A DNA stretch of 64,000 bases from an uncultured Chthonomonadaceae bacterium (GCA_963835065.1 CAWIEK010000065.1:1-64000); one strand, 5' to 3'. Shown: positions 51,298-62,840, numbered from the stretch's first letter. The notes: generated by a model not told the origin, from the letters alone. A program made the numbers and translations.

Positions 51298-51560
51298 TCA
51301 GCCGGCTCCACAATCAGGTTTGTTGGGCTTGACCCAGGCAGGCGGTTCGGGTTTCCCTTCGGGAGCCCCGTTGCTGTCGCCGCGCTTGAGACGCTCGATC
51401 TCCTGCCGCAGCGTGTCCACCTGCTGTTGCAGGAACCCGATCAGTTCGGCTTGTTGCTCTACAACCACGAGCAGGTCTTCTTTAGAAAGGGAAGGGAAAG
51501 CAGTCATACCGCTACTACGAGGCAGACGCCAAAAAGATTCTCACAACCCTGAACAGTTAC
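51298..51560 (-). mobile_element. IS66-like transposase 5' remnant
   Basis: Terminal GTAACTGTTCAG at 51560; coiled-coil leader LRQEIERLKR..PPAWVKPN, truncated. Confidence 0.6.
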
Positions 51561-51751
51561 AGGCAAAACGCGGGCTTGCTTTTTTGCGCTGAATCTTGTA
51601 CAATGGCAGATAGAAATAGTCAGCAACGGTGACTTCCGCTCGGCCTGTGGCGTATACACAGATACCTTCCCATAACGACATTGCCGATACGATGCTGCTG
51701 TTACGGGAGAACCCGGACTAAACCAGAAACAATTAGAGGAGCGACACAATC

Positions 51752-52162
51752 ATGGCGACTTTGGAAGCGGTTCAAAATACGGGCGTTGTCCTCAGCGAGC
51801 GCGCTGCGGAAGAGATCAGCAGCCTGCTGGAACGACAGGGCAAATCCAGCGCGGCTTTGCGCGTGTTCGTGTCGGGCGGCGGCTGCTCCGGCCTGAACTA
51901 CGGCATGGCGATTGACGACGAGGTGGAAGAAGACGATTTCACGTTCACCTGCAACGGCGTCAAAGTGGTCGTAGACCCGCACAGCATGCCCTACATCAAG
52001 GGCGCGTCCGTGGATTACGTCGAGGACGTGATGGGCGGCGGCTTCAAGATTGACAACCCCAACGCGGTACGCTCGTGCGGCTGCGGCAGTTCGTTCTCCA
52101 CCGAAGACGCTCCCGAACCGACCAGTGGCGGCGGCTGCGGTTCCGGTTGCGGCTGCCATTAG
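51752..52162 (+). CDS. A-type Fe-S carrier (HesB/IscA/ErpA)
   Basis: LRVFVSGGGCSGLNY, NPNAVRSCGCGSSF. Confidence 0.95.
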   Translation: MATLEAVQNTGVVLSERAAEEISSLLERQGKSSAALRVFVSGGGCSGLNYGMAIDDEVEEDDFTFTCNGVKVVVDPHSMPYIKGASVDYVEDVMGGGFKIDNPNAVRSCGCGSSFSTEDAPEPTSGGGCGSGCGCH

Positions 52163-52164
52163 GC

Positions 52165-52195
52165 AGTTGATAGGGATTAGTTGATAGTTGATAGT
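52165..52195. repeat. (AGTTGAT) heptamer block after stop
   Basis: agttgatagggattagttgatagttgatagt. Confidence 0.7.
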
Positions 52196-52265
52196 AGAGC
52201 GGAGCGTACAAGCCCATGCCTGTACGCTCCGTCTTATTTGCTGTCTCCTCGTTAAATCCTCTACA

Positions 52266-53672
52266 TTATTTTTTCTGCCAGTCGCGGATGTCAACCAAAT
52301 GACCTGCGATGGCGGCGGCGGCGGCCATTTGCGGGCTGACGAGATGGGTGCGCCCGCCTTTCCCCTGCCGTCCCTCGAAGTTGCGGTTAGATGTGGACGC
52401 GCAGCGCTGCCCCGGCTGTAAAATGTCGGGGTTCATGCCCAGGCACATGGAACAGCCCGCTTCGCGCCAGTCGAAACCGGCTTCCTGAAAGATTTTGTCC
52501 AATCCTTCCGCTTCCGCTTGTAATTTTACCTGCGCCGAACCGGGCACGACCAGGGCGTGAACGCGCGGATTTACTTTATGCCCCCGCGCAATCGCCGCCG
52601 CCGCCCGCAGGTCTTCGATGCGCCCATTCGTGCAGGAGCCGATGAACACTTTGTCCAGCATCAGGGATTGCAGCGGCATCCCCGGTTCCAGCCCCATATA
52701 TTCCAGCGCGCGCAGGGTGGAACGCCGTTCGGACTCGCTTTCCAGCGCGTCGGGTACGGGAACGGCTTCGGTAATCGGCAGCGCCATGCCGGGATTGGTT
52801 CCCCACGACACATAGGGCGCAATCTCCCCGGCGTTCAAAACAACGGTTGTATCGAACGTCGCGCCCGCGTCTGTCGGCAACTGCTTCCATTCGGCAGCCG
52901 CTGCTTCCCAATCCGCTCCCTGCGGCGCGAACGGACGGCCTTTCAGGTATTCCAACGTTTTTTCATCCGGCGCGATCATGCCGGCCCGCGCGCCTGCTTC
53001 GATGCTCATGTTGCACACGGTCATGCGGCCTTCCATGGACAGGCTGCGGATCGCCTCGCCCGTATATTCCACCGCGTAGCCCGTCGCGCCGTCCGTGCCG
53101 ATTTTGCCGATGATGGCGAGAATAATGTCTTTGGCCGTGACGCCCGTTCCCAACTGCCCGTCCACGCGGATTTCCATTGTTTTCGGGCGCGATTGGGGCA
53201 GGCATTGCGTGGCGAGAACGTGTTCCACTTCACTGGTTCCGATACCAAACGCCAACGCGCCGAACGCGCCGTGCGTACTGGTATGGCTGTCGCCGCAAAC
53301 AATGGTCATTCCCGGCTGTGTCAAGCCCAGTTCCGGCCCGATAACGTGGACAATGCCCTGCCTCTTATCGTGAATATCGTACAGCGTAATGCCAAATTCC
53401 TGACAATTACGGGCAAGCGCGTCCATCTGGCGGCGCGAAATCTCGTCCGCAATCGGCAGTGAGCGATCCGTCGTCGGCACGTTATGATCCATCGTGGCAA
53501 CCGTCAGTTCAGGGCGTCGAACCTTGCGCCCGTTCAGGCGCAGCCCGTCAAACGCCTGCGGGCTGGTCACTTCATGCACTAGATGCAGGTCTATATACAG
53601 CAGGGCAGGCTGCTCCGCGTCCTGCCGTACAACATGCGCTTCCCAAATCTTCTCGAACATCGTCTTTGACAT
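52266..53672 (-). CDS. leuC: 3-isopropylmalate dehydratase large subunit
   Basis: [52 protein letters not shown]. Confidence 0.97.
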   Translation of the reverse strand: MSKTMFEKIWEAHVVRQDAEQPALLYIDLHLVHEVTSPQAFDGLRLNGRKVRRPELTVATMDHNVPTTDRSLPIADEISRRQMDALARNCQEFGITLYDIHDKRQGIVHVIGPELGLTQPGMTIVCGDSHTSTHGAFGALAFGIGTSEVEHVLATQCLPQSRPKTMEIRVDGQLGTGVTAKDIILAIIGKIGTDGATGYAVEYTGEAIRSLSMEGRMTVCNMSIEAGARAGMIAPDEKTLEYLKGRPFAPQGADWEAAAAEWKQLPTDAGATFDTTVVLNAGEIAPYVSWGTNPGMALPITEAVPVPDALESESERRSTLRALEYMGLEPGMPLQSLMLDKVFIGSCTNGRIEDLRAAAAIARGHKVNPRVHALVVPGSAQVKLQAEAEGLDKIFQEAGFDWREAGCSMCLGMNPDILQPGQRCASTSNRNFEGRQGKGGRTHLVSPQMAAAAAIAGHLVDIRDWQKK

Positions 53673-53751
53673 GATAACTTCTCCTCTGAATATAGTATAG
53701 CCATTCCGCCCTGATATGTCAAAAGTCCAAGACGATCTTTCTATGACCCTA

Positions 53752-53816
53752 ATAGGCAGCAAACAAGAACGGGGAGGCGAAAACTCTCCGCCTCCCCGTT
53801 CTTGTTTGCTGCCTAT
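53752..53816. terminator. 28-bp perfect inverted repeat
   Basis: ataggcagcaaacaagaacggggaggcg (53752-53779) / 53789-53816. Confidence 0.7.
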
Positions 53817-53825
53817 CGAGTAGGT

Positions 53826-54803
53826 TTAACCTGATGCGGCTTTTTTCCAGGCAGTCAACTTATCCAGGAAGTCCTGCCAGAAGGAGGCGCCTGCCGACGC
53901 GCCAAATCCGGTCAAAACATAACCTGTCGGTGCGCCTTCAGGAGTTAAGCAAGCGGGAAGATTAGAAGGCTCAAACAAAGGAGCCAATGCCTGCAAAGCG
54001 TTAAGATGAAAGCAAGATGCAAGCAAGATTCCGAAAACTATGGAGATGAGACGCATAATCCATGCCCAGCGCGCCACCGCTTTTTCTCTATTTCTATCTG
54101 CTTTCTGGATTTCTTGCAGCAGCGAGTTTACATCTGTATCAGTGACAGGTACCGTTTTATCATCCATCAGCACCCATGTACGCTGGATTATTGTAGCATC
54201 CGATGCATTAATGAGGCTGTTGTAAGTTATCCCGTAAGCGACGGACATCACATCTTGTGGATGTGGTCTGAAAAGCGTCCAGATCGTCTTAAACAAATCC
54301 GTGAGTTTGTCGGCTCCAATGCCAAGCAGCAGCATTGTCAGCAGGAAAGACATGAGGGCCGCAAATATCTGCTGTAAATTGATCTGCCAGGGAAGCGCTG
54401 TGACATTGAGCGCGACACTCTTCGAGGCAGGAAGGGTTGTATCTCCAGCAGATAGGGGGCCGACCGAGATTGTGAGTGTTGCCTGCCCGGCTTTTTCGCC
54501 TGCTTGCAGCAGAATTGTCGCCTGTCCCTTGATGACGGGAACAGGCGAGAGGAGTACGTGAATACAGTCTTTGCCTGCCGCATTTACTTCTGCAGAGATG
54601 TATTTGCCATCGGCTTTGCTGGTGTCCGCGCCGTCTCGCAGGTCAACCATGAGCGGCACGACGGTTTTGCCGTCTGCGGTCAAAGCCGGCACGGGTGAAG
54701 TGACAGTCAGGATCAGGGCTGCCTTGATCGGGCCGGCAATCAGCAGCGCGAGCAGGACAATACCAGATATAAGCAGGGAGCGAAGAAGGTAAGGTTTCAT
54801 CAT
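53826..54803 (-). CDS. Hypothetical membrane protein (Ig-like N-domain, TM helices)
   Basis: Signal peptide; ALTADGK..GQATILLQAGEKAGQATLT (Big-like); C-term LTGFGASAGASFWQDFLDKL. Confidence 0.7.
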   Translation of the reverse strand: MMKPYLLRSLLISGIVLLALLIAGPIKAALILTVTSPVPALTADGKTVVPLMVDLRDGADTSKADGKYISAEVNAAGKDCIHVLLSPVPVIKGQATILLQAGEKAGQATLTISVGPLSAGDTTLPASKSVALNVTALPWQINLQQIFAALMSFLLTMLLLGIGADKLTDLFKTIWTLFRPHPQDVMSVAYGITYNSLINASDATIIQRTWVLMDDKTVPVTDTDVNSLLQEIQKADRNREKAVARWAWIMRLISIVFGILLASCFHLNALQALAPLFEPSNLPACLTPEGAPTGYVLTGFGASAGASFWQDFLDKLTAWKKAASG

Positions 54804-54880
54804 TTATGTGGCCGGGAAACACCAGTTGGTAGCCTGCCGTTACATTTACGGCTTCTTCCTAACAGCGAATACTCCTTGAA

Positions 54881-56716
54881 TTATGCTGCGTCGTTCCAGC
54901 AAGCTAAACTCATGGCTCGTTGCCGGTTCACAGCAATATTTGTATCCGGGCTGTATATGAGGAGTTCATAGCCATCCGGCACGTTGATTTGATAGATTCC
55001 GCGCGGCAAAAAACGAAACTGGTTTTGCAGAACCGGGATCAATGTTGAGCCGCTGACGGAGGGATTAGCAGGGGGACGAGCAATCAATCGAATCACCGTT
55101 TGATCCGCTCCGGTTACAGCAGCGCCGCTTTCATCTTTCATGCGGATGAGCGTAATGGTGACATTTGGCGCGTTCGCCGGCGCATACAATGTAAACTGCG
55201 CCAATCCCAAACTTTGCGCTACCTGTTCGCTTGCCACGCCAAAGTCACCCCCTGCCGTCGGGTTTTTGACTTTGAGCGAAGTGACTGTGGTTTTGCTGCC
55301 TAACAAACGCGACAGGTCGAAAGAGACCGCGCCCGCAATTCGGGAGGACGTGGAGGTTCGCGTAGTGTCCGAGAGTTGATCAATCTGCAGCCCGATGGAA
55401 AGCTGCAGCACATCCAGGGCAAGGCTTGGGCCGAGGAAAAGCGCGTTGCCGTCAGGTCGGATGCCGAATAAAAGACCTGCCCGGAGAACGTCGGCGGGAT
55501 TGGCTTCCAGAATGATGCCTGTCAGCCCGGAAATGTGCTTGTCGCTGACCACCGCGCCGGTAAAGGGAGAAGCATTGCGCGTTCCGCCGAGAATACCCTT
55601 TGACACCACATCCCCCAGCGTTGTCCCACTGCCGAACTGAAGCAGGGCTTCCAGATAGCTGGACTGACTGGTCGCGCTGATCTGATTCAGGGAATTATCC
55701 GTGAGCGGCACAAGCTTCAGTTTGTCGCCGCTCGTATCGAAATCAAGTTGGGGAACCCGGTTGATGCTGACGGCTTGATTGGTATTGAGCCATTGCGCAG
55801 ACACTTTGAAGGTTGTTTCCGTCTGACCACTCACGGCCACATCTGTGGTTATTTTCGGAGCGTCTACCCAGATAACATACCGATACACGAAGATTGTGTT
55901 AGTCGCGTTTGCTCCTCCCGTAGATGATGCAACTGCGCGGGTAAAGCGATAACGTCGAATATGCCAGGTCAGTTTATCCTGCAACTTCTGAGTTTGCGCC
56001 GCTCCGGTAATGTCTACCGTCATGCCGATGCCGCTATTTCGTAACAGGAAAGCAACGATGGCATGATCCCGTAGTAGGCCATAGTACTCGATTGGCTGCA
56101 AACCACCCTGCTTAAGAAGTGAAAAGCCAGGCGTTGCGGTTCCCGTCATCGTTGGATCAGGAACTGTCCAAGCATTGATGGTGTTGCTATTCCAGGTGTT
56201 GACGATGGCTTCCAGAGAGCTTGTAGAGGGTTCGGAAGCGTTTGGATCTCCCTTGAACAACTGCGCAAACACATTTTTCAGGTCTGACTCATATTCTTTC
56301 CGATACGCGGGATCTTTCGGGTCTTTCCCATGCGCGAGCCACTTGTTGGAGAAATCCACTGTCAGTTCATCGGCGCTGTACCGCGTAACCTCTTCCAGCA
56401 ATTCGGGATCTGAAGGAAGCAGATCCCATCGCAGGAGCAGTGTTGCGCGTTGATGGCCGTTGACGTAATTTATCAAGCCATTGGCAAGTGAAAGCGAGAG
56501 CGCTTTTGGCGTTGGCAGTACCGATTTCAAGGTGGCATCGGTACCGGTGGACATGGATGCGCCCGAAGATGTCGAACCACTTCCACTAGCGGTTCCCGTT
56601 CCTCCTGAACTGCTTGCTCCGCCAGAACTGCCGGAACCGCCGGCTTGCCCCTGTCCCCAGGCAGGTGACTGGCTCAACAGCAGAGCCAGCAGAAATAGAC
56701 AAGAGAATTTATGCAC
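54881..56716 (-). CDS. Secreted hypothetical protein
   Basis: Signal peptide, Gly/Ser linker, beta-rich C-terminal half. Confidence 0.75.
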   Translation of the reverse strand: MHKFSCLFLLALLLSQSPAWGQGQAGGSGSSGGASSSGGTGTASGSGSTSSGASMSTGTDATLKSVLPTPKALSLSLANGLINYVNGHQRATLLLRWDLLPSDPELLEEVTRYSADELTVDFSNKWLAHGKDPKDPAYRKEYESDLKNVFAQLFKGDPNASEPSTSSLEAIVNTWNSNTINAWTVPDPTMTGTATPGFSLLKQGGLQPIEYYGLLRDHAIVAFLLRNSGIGMTVDITGAAQTQKLQDKLTWHIRRYRFTRAVASSTGGANATNTIFVYRYVIWVDAPKITTDVAVSGQTETTFKVSAQWLNTNQAVSINRVPQLDFDTSGDKLKLVPLTDNSLNQISATSQSSYLEALLQFGSGTTLGDVVSKGILGGTRNASPFTGAVVSDKHISGLTGIILEANPADVLRAGLLFGIRPDGNALFLGPSLALDVLQLSIGLQIDQLSDTTRTSTSSRIAGAVSFDLSRLLGSKTTVTSLKVKNPTAGGDFGVASEQVAQSLGLAQFTLYAPANAPNVTITLIRMKDESGAAVTGADQTVIRLIARPPANPSVSGSTLIPVLQNQFRFLPRGIYQINVPDGYELLIYSPDTNIAVNRQRAMSLACWNDAA

Positions 56717-56770
56717 AAGAACCTCCTGAAACTATGCCATGTCGTTCGCATGGCTTCTAAAGAAGCGCTT

Positions 56771-57382
56771 CTAAAACAGGAACGCCGGGTAACATTCCAA
56801 CAGCGTCGAGCCATCCGGGCGCAGAGCGGCAGTCAGCACAAATCCAACCAGCGTAGTCGGGTCGTTGGCAAGCACGACGGGAGCGCCCTGCTGAACGGAG
56901 TTGACCATCGAGCCGGGTATGATAACTTTGAAGGCGGACACGGAATGTGGCTGTTGAAGCGGATAGTCTGTGTCATTGATCTGCCCCGCAATCTGTCCAT
57001 CCTGCTGTGAACCGAATAGTACGGTCACATCCAACCCATCCGCGACTTGCCCCTGTGGAAGCGCGACACTGAAGGCGCGGAACAGCTGAGCCATTCCCGG
57101 CACAGGGTCACACCAGGCGATTGGCTGAAGCGTACCCGGGCTGGTTACGGGATGATCGTAGGCCGCAATAGTGGCAAGCGTACTTGACGTGGAGCGGTCG
57201 TTGATAGCCGCTCCAATCAATGAGCCAGGGGGCGGCGGATTATAATTTTCATCGCCTGCCTGAATCTGGTAGAGAGTCACATCCAGCGTAACGGCCAATT
57301 GGTTGCGAGGGGTCCACATACCGACGCATTGGCGTGAGGGGCTGCTGGCGCTGCCGTTTTGTCCGGCGCAAAATACAAGCAT
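56771..57382 (-). CDS. Hypothetical protein
   Basis: 203 aa with AAGGAGG RBS. Confidence 0.7.
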   Translation of the reverse strand: MLVFCAGQNGSASSPSRQCVGMWTPRNQLAVTLDVTLYQIQAGDENYNPPPPGSLIGAAINDRSTSSTLATIAAYDHPVTSPGTLQPIAWCDPVPGMAQLFRAFSVALPQGQVADGLDVTVLFGSQQDGQIAGQINDTDYPLQQPHSVSAFKVIIPGSMVNSVQQGAPVVLANDPTTLVGFVLTAALRPDGSTLLECYPAFLF

Positions 57383-57488
57383 TTTGTATCCTCCTTATCA
57401 AGAAAGTAATGGCAGTCTGCCACGTTGAAATTCATTCCATGTGATTTGCAGGAAATCATTTAATAATTTTATTAAAATGCTAAAAACG

Positions 57489-57528
57489 AAGGCATCCAGC
57501 AGAATTAAATTACTCTGCCGGATGCCTT
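57489..57528. terminator. Hairpin downstream of xylA
   Basis: aaggcatccagcaga / tctgccggatgcctt. Confidence 0.6.
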
Positions 57529-57557
57529 GAAACAGACAGTAGTGAAAACTGTGCAGG

Positions 57558-58745
57558 TTATCGTAGGCCGAGCAGCAATTCCGTTGTCAGTTGGTCGAGT
57601 TTTTCGTAGCCGTAGCCTTTTTTGCCGTACGCGATGCGATCCACGTTCAGATTCTTGATCTTGTTCATGTTGTCGGCGGAATAGGAGCCGAGCAGCGGGC
57701 CGATGCCTTCCGTGTCCATGCTCAGGTTCTGAACCATGCCCTGAATTTCCGGGTCGGCGTTGAACTGCCGCGCTCTTTCCTTCAAAATCAGATACGTTCG
57801 CATGCAGCCCCGCGCAAAGTCCCACACGCCTGCCTCGTCTTCCGTGCGGTAGGCGTGGGCGTCGAAGTGGCGCATGCCCTCGTAGCCGCTGTCTTCCAGC
57901 ATCTTCACCAGAAAGAAGTTGGCCTTGATGTCTTCCGCGCCGAAGCGGTAATCCTGATCGTAGCGTCCCGGCTTCTGGCCGTTGAGGTCAATATGGAACA
58001 GTTTGCCCGCGTCAATGGCCTGCGCGACGGCATGGACGAAGTTCAGGCCGGCCATCGTGTCGTGCGCGAATTCGGGGTTGACGCCGAACTTTTCCGGTTT
58101 TTCCAATGTGGCGATAAAGCCTAATGCGCTGCCCACTGTCGGCAAATAGATGTCGCCGCGCGGCTCATTGGGCTTGGGTTCCAGGCCGAACTTAAAGCCA
58201 TACCCCTGCGCGTCGTCATACGCGGACAGGAAATTCAAACACTCGCGGAACCGCTTCATCGAATCGCGGGCGTCCTTGCTGGCGTCGGTTTCCGTTCCCT
58301 CGCGCCCGCCCCAGAACACGTAGATTTTCGCGCCCATTTCCGCGCCCAAATCCATCGCGCTCATCGTCTTCTGCACGGCATACGCACGCACTTTCGGGTC
58401 ATTGGACGTAAACGCGCCGTCCTTGAAAATTGGGTCGGAAAACAGGTTCGTGGTCGCCATCGGCACAACCATGCCGTAATCGTTCAGCGCCTTTTTGAAG
58501 TCACGCACGATCTGATCCCGTTCGCCGGGCGTGGCGTCAATGGGAACCAGGTCGTTGTCGTGGAAATTGACGCCATACGCGCCAAGTTCGCTGAGTTTCT
58601 GCACAATCGTTGTCGGCTCGAAGACAAGGCCGCACGGCGAAACCATCGGGCGCGTGTTCGGCCCGAACGGATCGCGGCCCGGATTGCCGACCGTCCAAAG
58701 TCCGAAGGTAAATTTGTCGCTTTTCTGTGGGGTGAAATCGCTCAT
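57558..58745 (-). CDS. xylA: Xylose isomerase (class I, short type)
   Basis: [39 protein letters not shown]. Confidence 0.97.
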   Translation of the reverse strand: MSDFTPQKSDKFTFGLWTVGNPGRDPFGPNTRPMVSPCGLVFEPTTIVQKLSELGAYGVNFHDNDLVPIDATPGERDQIVRDFKKALNDYGMVVPMATTNLFSDPIFKDGAFTSNDPKVRAYAVQKTMSAMDLGAEMGAKIYVFWGGREGTETDASKDARDSMKRFRECLNFLSAYDDAQGYGFKFGLEPKPNEPRGDIYLPTVGSALGFIATLEKPEKFGVNPEFAHDTMAGLNFVHAVAQAIDAGKLFHIDLNGQKPGRYDQDYRFGAEDIKANFFLVKMLEDSGYEGMRHFDAHAYRTEDEAGVWDFARGCMRTYLILKERARQFNADPEIQGMVQNLSMDTEGIGPLLGSYSADNMNKIKNLNVDRIAYGKKGYGYEKLDQLTTELLLGLR

Positions 58746-58890
58746 TGAAGTACATCCTTCCTGAGAGTAGGGTTTATGGCCGCGCAAAATTTCGGGCCAT
58801 TACCCTGCTATTCACCCCCTGCCAACCGCTATCCTGCCGAACAATGAAAATTGCGCCTGTTCCGCCGCGCTTTTCAGGCACAGCTTCATT

Positions 58891-58960
58891 AGACCTCTTT
58901 CATAAGTCCTTGCGAACGCGGCAATCCCTATCCCATCAAGTAGACTTATGAAAGAGAGCT
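58891..58960. mobile_element. Miniature inverted-repeat element (MITE-like)
   Basis: agacctctttcataagtc ... gacttatgaaagagagct; 14-bp perfect core. Confidence 0.45.
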
Positions 58961-59014
58961 ATTTAAGAACACGCAATGTCTTCTCAAAGCTATTGTGTTA
59001 ATGATACTGGGCGA

Positions 59015-59044
59015 GCGTCAATACAGCGTCAATAGCCGCGTCAA
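59015..59044. promoter_or_regulatory. Triple GCGTCAA direct repeat (putative SARP/OmpR-type operator)
   Basis: Copies at 59015, 59026 and 59038 (11- and 12-bp period). Confidence 0.5.
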
Positions 59045-59203
59045 CGGCGCATCGGACCGGGCTGTAATTCAAAAACATCGCAATAATACTGTTCAACTCT
59101 GATAATCACGTGAGAACACAACGCGCCAAACGAACGCGCCAACCATTGCTGATAGCAACGGTTGGCGCGGGGAATGTGGCAGAAGCCAAAAGTAAAGACG
59201 ACC

Positions 59204-62200
59204 TCAAAGGTTTTCGGCAAGCCGAAGCGCCTGCTCCTCGTTCATGTCACGCCCCTGCTGCAATGCCGCAGCGCAGGCAAGCGCGCCCAACGCGGCGCTT
59301 GCCGTTTCTGCGCTGCTGTCGCAAAGCGCGGCGTCGCCGGGATACAGGGCGAGGCTGTTTTGCGCTTCCACCCACCCCACCAGACGCGCGGCCTGTTCCC
59401 ATTGGCGTAGGCCGCAGGCCAGGGCCGCGAAGCCGATTATGCCGGCGATGACTCCGGCGCGATTTCCGGTTTCGTGCCGCAAGCGCAGGCTGGCGCGCAG
59501 ATGGTCGCGCGCCGTGTTCCAGTCGCCTCGGCGCAGCGCCACTTTGCCCAATCCGTGCCGCGCGCCGGAAAGCCCCTGCTTGTCGCCCATTTCCGTGAAA
59601 ATCGCGAGGCTTTCCTGATACCATGTTGCGGCCTGCGCCGTCTGCCCAGGCGCGTCCGCCAGTTCCCCGCGCAAATTGAGCGTATGCCCCAATCCCCACA
59701 ATATCTTTGTCCTGACGCCGCAGGGACAGGCACTCGTCGAGCAGGGCTTCGGCAGCCGTGAAATCCCGCTGCAGCAGGGCGATGCTGCCCAGGCTGAACA
59801 AAGGATAAACAGGAGCGAACGGATTTTCGGCGCGGCGGGCCAGCGCCAGCGCTTCCTCGGCATGGGCGCGCGCCGCGTCCTGCCGGCCCTGATCGCGCAG
59901 CACAAGGCTCAAAATCGTCAGTGAAGTGATCACTTTTCTGTTAACCGCTTTTGTTAATCGCTTCCTGTCTGTTCAGCGCCAGCGCTTCGTCAAGGTAGGT
60001 TTCCGCCAGGGCGTATTCGCCCTGATACCAGGCCAGCGTTGCCGCAGAATTCAGAACGCGGGCGCGCAGGGGCGCATCTGCGCTTGTTGTCTTGCGCCAG
60101 CGCCTGCGTGAGCCAGGTTCGCGCCTCCCAAAAGGGTCCCCGCGAGTACCAGTATTCCCACATCTGCAAAATAAAAGTCAGATACGCGCTGTTCTCAGCG
60201 TGTTCGCGTTTCCATACTAATGCGGCCAGCAGATTGTCGTGTTCCGCTTCCAGGCGGTCCAGCCAGTCGCCTACGCGCTCACCCTCCATTTGTGTCTGCG
60301 CGGCTGCGAGCATCTGCCCGAAATAATCGGCATGACGCGCCGCCAATCGGTCGGCTTCTTCCACGCTCAGGCACTCCAGCGCGTATTCCCGCACCGTTTC
60401 GAGCATGGTGAAGCGTATGCTTTCCGCCTGTTCCCGCGCGAAAATCAGCGAGTTTTCGCGCAGTTGTTGAAGCAGGTCGAGCATGGGCAAATCGGGGCAA
60501 AGGCTTTGCGCCGCTTCCCCGAACCATCCTCCCCGGAAAACGGACAGGCTGACAAGCGCGCGCTGCTGTGGTTCCGTCAGCAGTCCATAGCTCCATTCCA
60601 CTGTTGCGCGCAGGCTCTGATGGCGCTGCGAAATACCCTGCTGCCTGCTTACCAGCAGGGCAAACCGATTCTGTAATTGCGCGACCATCTGCTGCGGCGT
60701 CAGCACTCCGATACGCGCCGCCGCCAACTCAATGGCAAGGGGAATACCTTCCAGGCGGCGGCAGAGCGCGGCGACGGCGGCGGCATTGCGCGGCGTCAGG
60801 GTAAAGTCGGCGCGAGTTGCCTGCGCGCGATCCACAAACATGGCAACGCTCGGACAGGCAAGCAGTCCCGCATCCGGCGGGCAGACGCTGGAAGCGGCGG
60901 CGTTGTTACGCAGACCTTGCTCCCGGCCCGGTTCTATGGGAATCGGCAGCGGCAAAACGTCCATCGCGCGCTCGCCTGCGATTTGCAGCAGCTGCCGTGA
61001 AGTCACGAGGCAGGAAAGGGCGGGGGAGCGCTCCAGAAGGGTAAGAATAAGAGAAGCGGCGGCGGGAAGCAGATGCTCCGCATTGTCCAGAACCAGCAGA
61101 TAGCGTTTCCCGGCAAGCGCCTCAAGTATCTGCTCCAATGGCGGTATAGACGGGACGGAAACAAGGCCAAGCGCGCTGAGAATGGCGTCAGGAATGGCTT
61201 CCGCATCGGCTGTCTCTCCCAACGAAACGAAGCAAACGGCGTTTTGCAAAGCGGGAGCCAGCCGATGGGCGGCTTCCACCGCCAGCCGCGTTTTGCCGCT
61301 CCCGCCCGGACCAAGCAGGGTCAGCAGGCAGCGCTGCGGGCCGGTGAGAAGCGCCTGAACTTCGCGCAATTCTGCTTCACGCCCGAAAAAGCGCGTCAGG
61401 GGAACGGGCAGGCGGGGCAAAGGGATGCGCAGGGGTTCCGGCGCGGGCGGCAGGGGCAGAATTGGAGGGGCGAGTACCGGCAGCAAGACAGGCGAAGGAA
61501 GGGACGGCAGGGTTTCTACAAACGCGCTCAACTCGCGCGCGGGCCTCTCGTTCCACTCCGAAGCCATGACGCCCACAAACGCTTCAAATTGCTGCCGGGC
61601 GCGTTCGGGATTGCCGCAGGAAGCGTACAGCCGAATCAAACGCTCCTGCGCGGCAGTGTTGAACGGGTCGGCGCTGACAAGCCGACGCAGGCAATCAAGC
61701 GCCTGACTTGATTGGCCTTCCTGAATATACAGCGTGGCAAGCGCGTCCAGCAGTTCACGGTACTCCGCCGCCAGGCGTTCCTGCTCCAGCCGCGCCCAAT
61801 CCTCGTACATGCCCGGCAGCAATTCCCCTTTATAAAGGGCTGCCGCCTGCTCCAAAGCCGCCAGGCGTTTCATGGCCTCCGTGGACTCTGCCGCTGTCCG
61901 AAGAAAATGGCGGAATTCGCTCACATCGGTGCGAACCGATTCATTGCCCAGGCGAACCTGAGTCTTATCCGCAATCAAAACGCTTCCCGCAGGGATGCCG
62001 GGAGGTTCCAGCAGGCGGCGCAGGGAACATAAGGTCTGACGCAGGTTGTGCCGCGCCGCGCCCGGCTCCATATCCGGCCAGAACCGATCCAGCAGCACTT
62101 CGCGCGCATGAGCTTGTTCCTTGAAAAACGCCAAATAAGCAAGCAAGGCGGCACATTTACGGGTAGGAAATCGAGAGACAACGCGCGCTTCCTGGCGCGC

Positions 62201-62245
62201 AGTAAGTCCACCGAACAATTCTATGTAACAGGGAGAAATAACCAT
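59204..62245 (-). CDS. SARP/AfsR-type regulator: wHTH-BTAD-NB-ARC ATPase-TPR (frameshifts in TPR region)
   Basis: ALLAYLA, LYKGELLPG, LTRFFGRE, GPGGSGKTRLA, LLVLDNAEHL, LEGIPLAIELAAAR; TPR fragments in 59204-59933. Confidence 0.88.
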
Positions 62246-62447
62246 AGCAAAATAATCATAGGCGCTTGAAAGCAGAGTACGGATGTTGTTTGTTACTCCT
62301 ATTCGGGATGTGGGCCGATGTTTCCTGCTGCATCATAATTGGCTATAATGAAGGGGGTATTAGCGAGTTGAACTCTGATAAGCGCAGACCTTCCAGTGTG
62401 CGGCCTGCTGAGAACACCGGGAACTATTCATCGCAAAGGAGCAGCGC

Positions 62448-62840
62448 ATGAACGATGGCGAGTACGTGGATGGCGAAAAGCATGGCGAGTGGATTTCTTA
62501 TTACGCCAACGGCAACAAGCGCAGTGAGGGACGATACAACAAAGGCAAAAAGGAAGGGCTGTGGCGGCAATACTGGCCCAACGGCAACACAAAGAGCGAG
62601 GGAACGTTCAAAGACAACAAATTCACCGGGCTGTACACCAGCTATCATGAGAACGGCAAGCGGAATTATCAGGGTCGCTACAACGATTTCAACGGCAGTT
62701 CGGCGGATGGAACCAAAGATGGCGAATGGCGCAGCTACGAGGAAGACGGCGAAACCGTCTGGCGCGTAATCACCTACCACCGGGGCAGCCGAACCAAGCC
62801 GGACGCGATTTTGCGCCCGCGTGACAACGAACCGGCATAG
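62448..62840 (+). CDS. MORN-variant repeat protein (YwqK-like)
   Basis: Repeated G.W..YY.NG...SEG.Y..GK. Confidence 0.85.
   Translation: MNDGEYVDGEKHGEWISYYANGNKRSEGRYNKGKKEGLWRQYWPNGNTKSEGTFKDNKFTGLYTSYHENGKRNYQGRYNDFNGSSADGTKDGEWRSYEEDGETVWRVITYHRGSRTKPDAILRPRDNEPA

Noticed and set aside
62448..62840. Toxin-antitoxin module around the MORN-variant protein
   Set aside because: No adjacent toxin gene.
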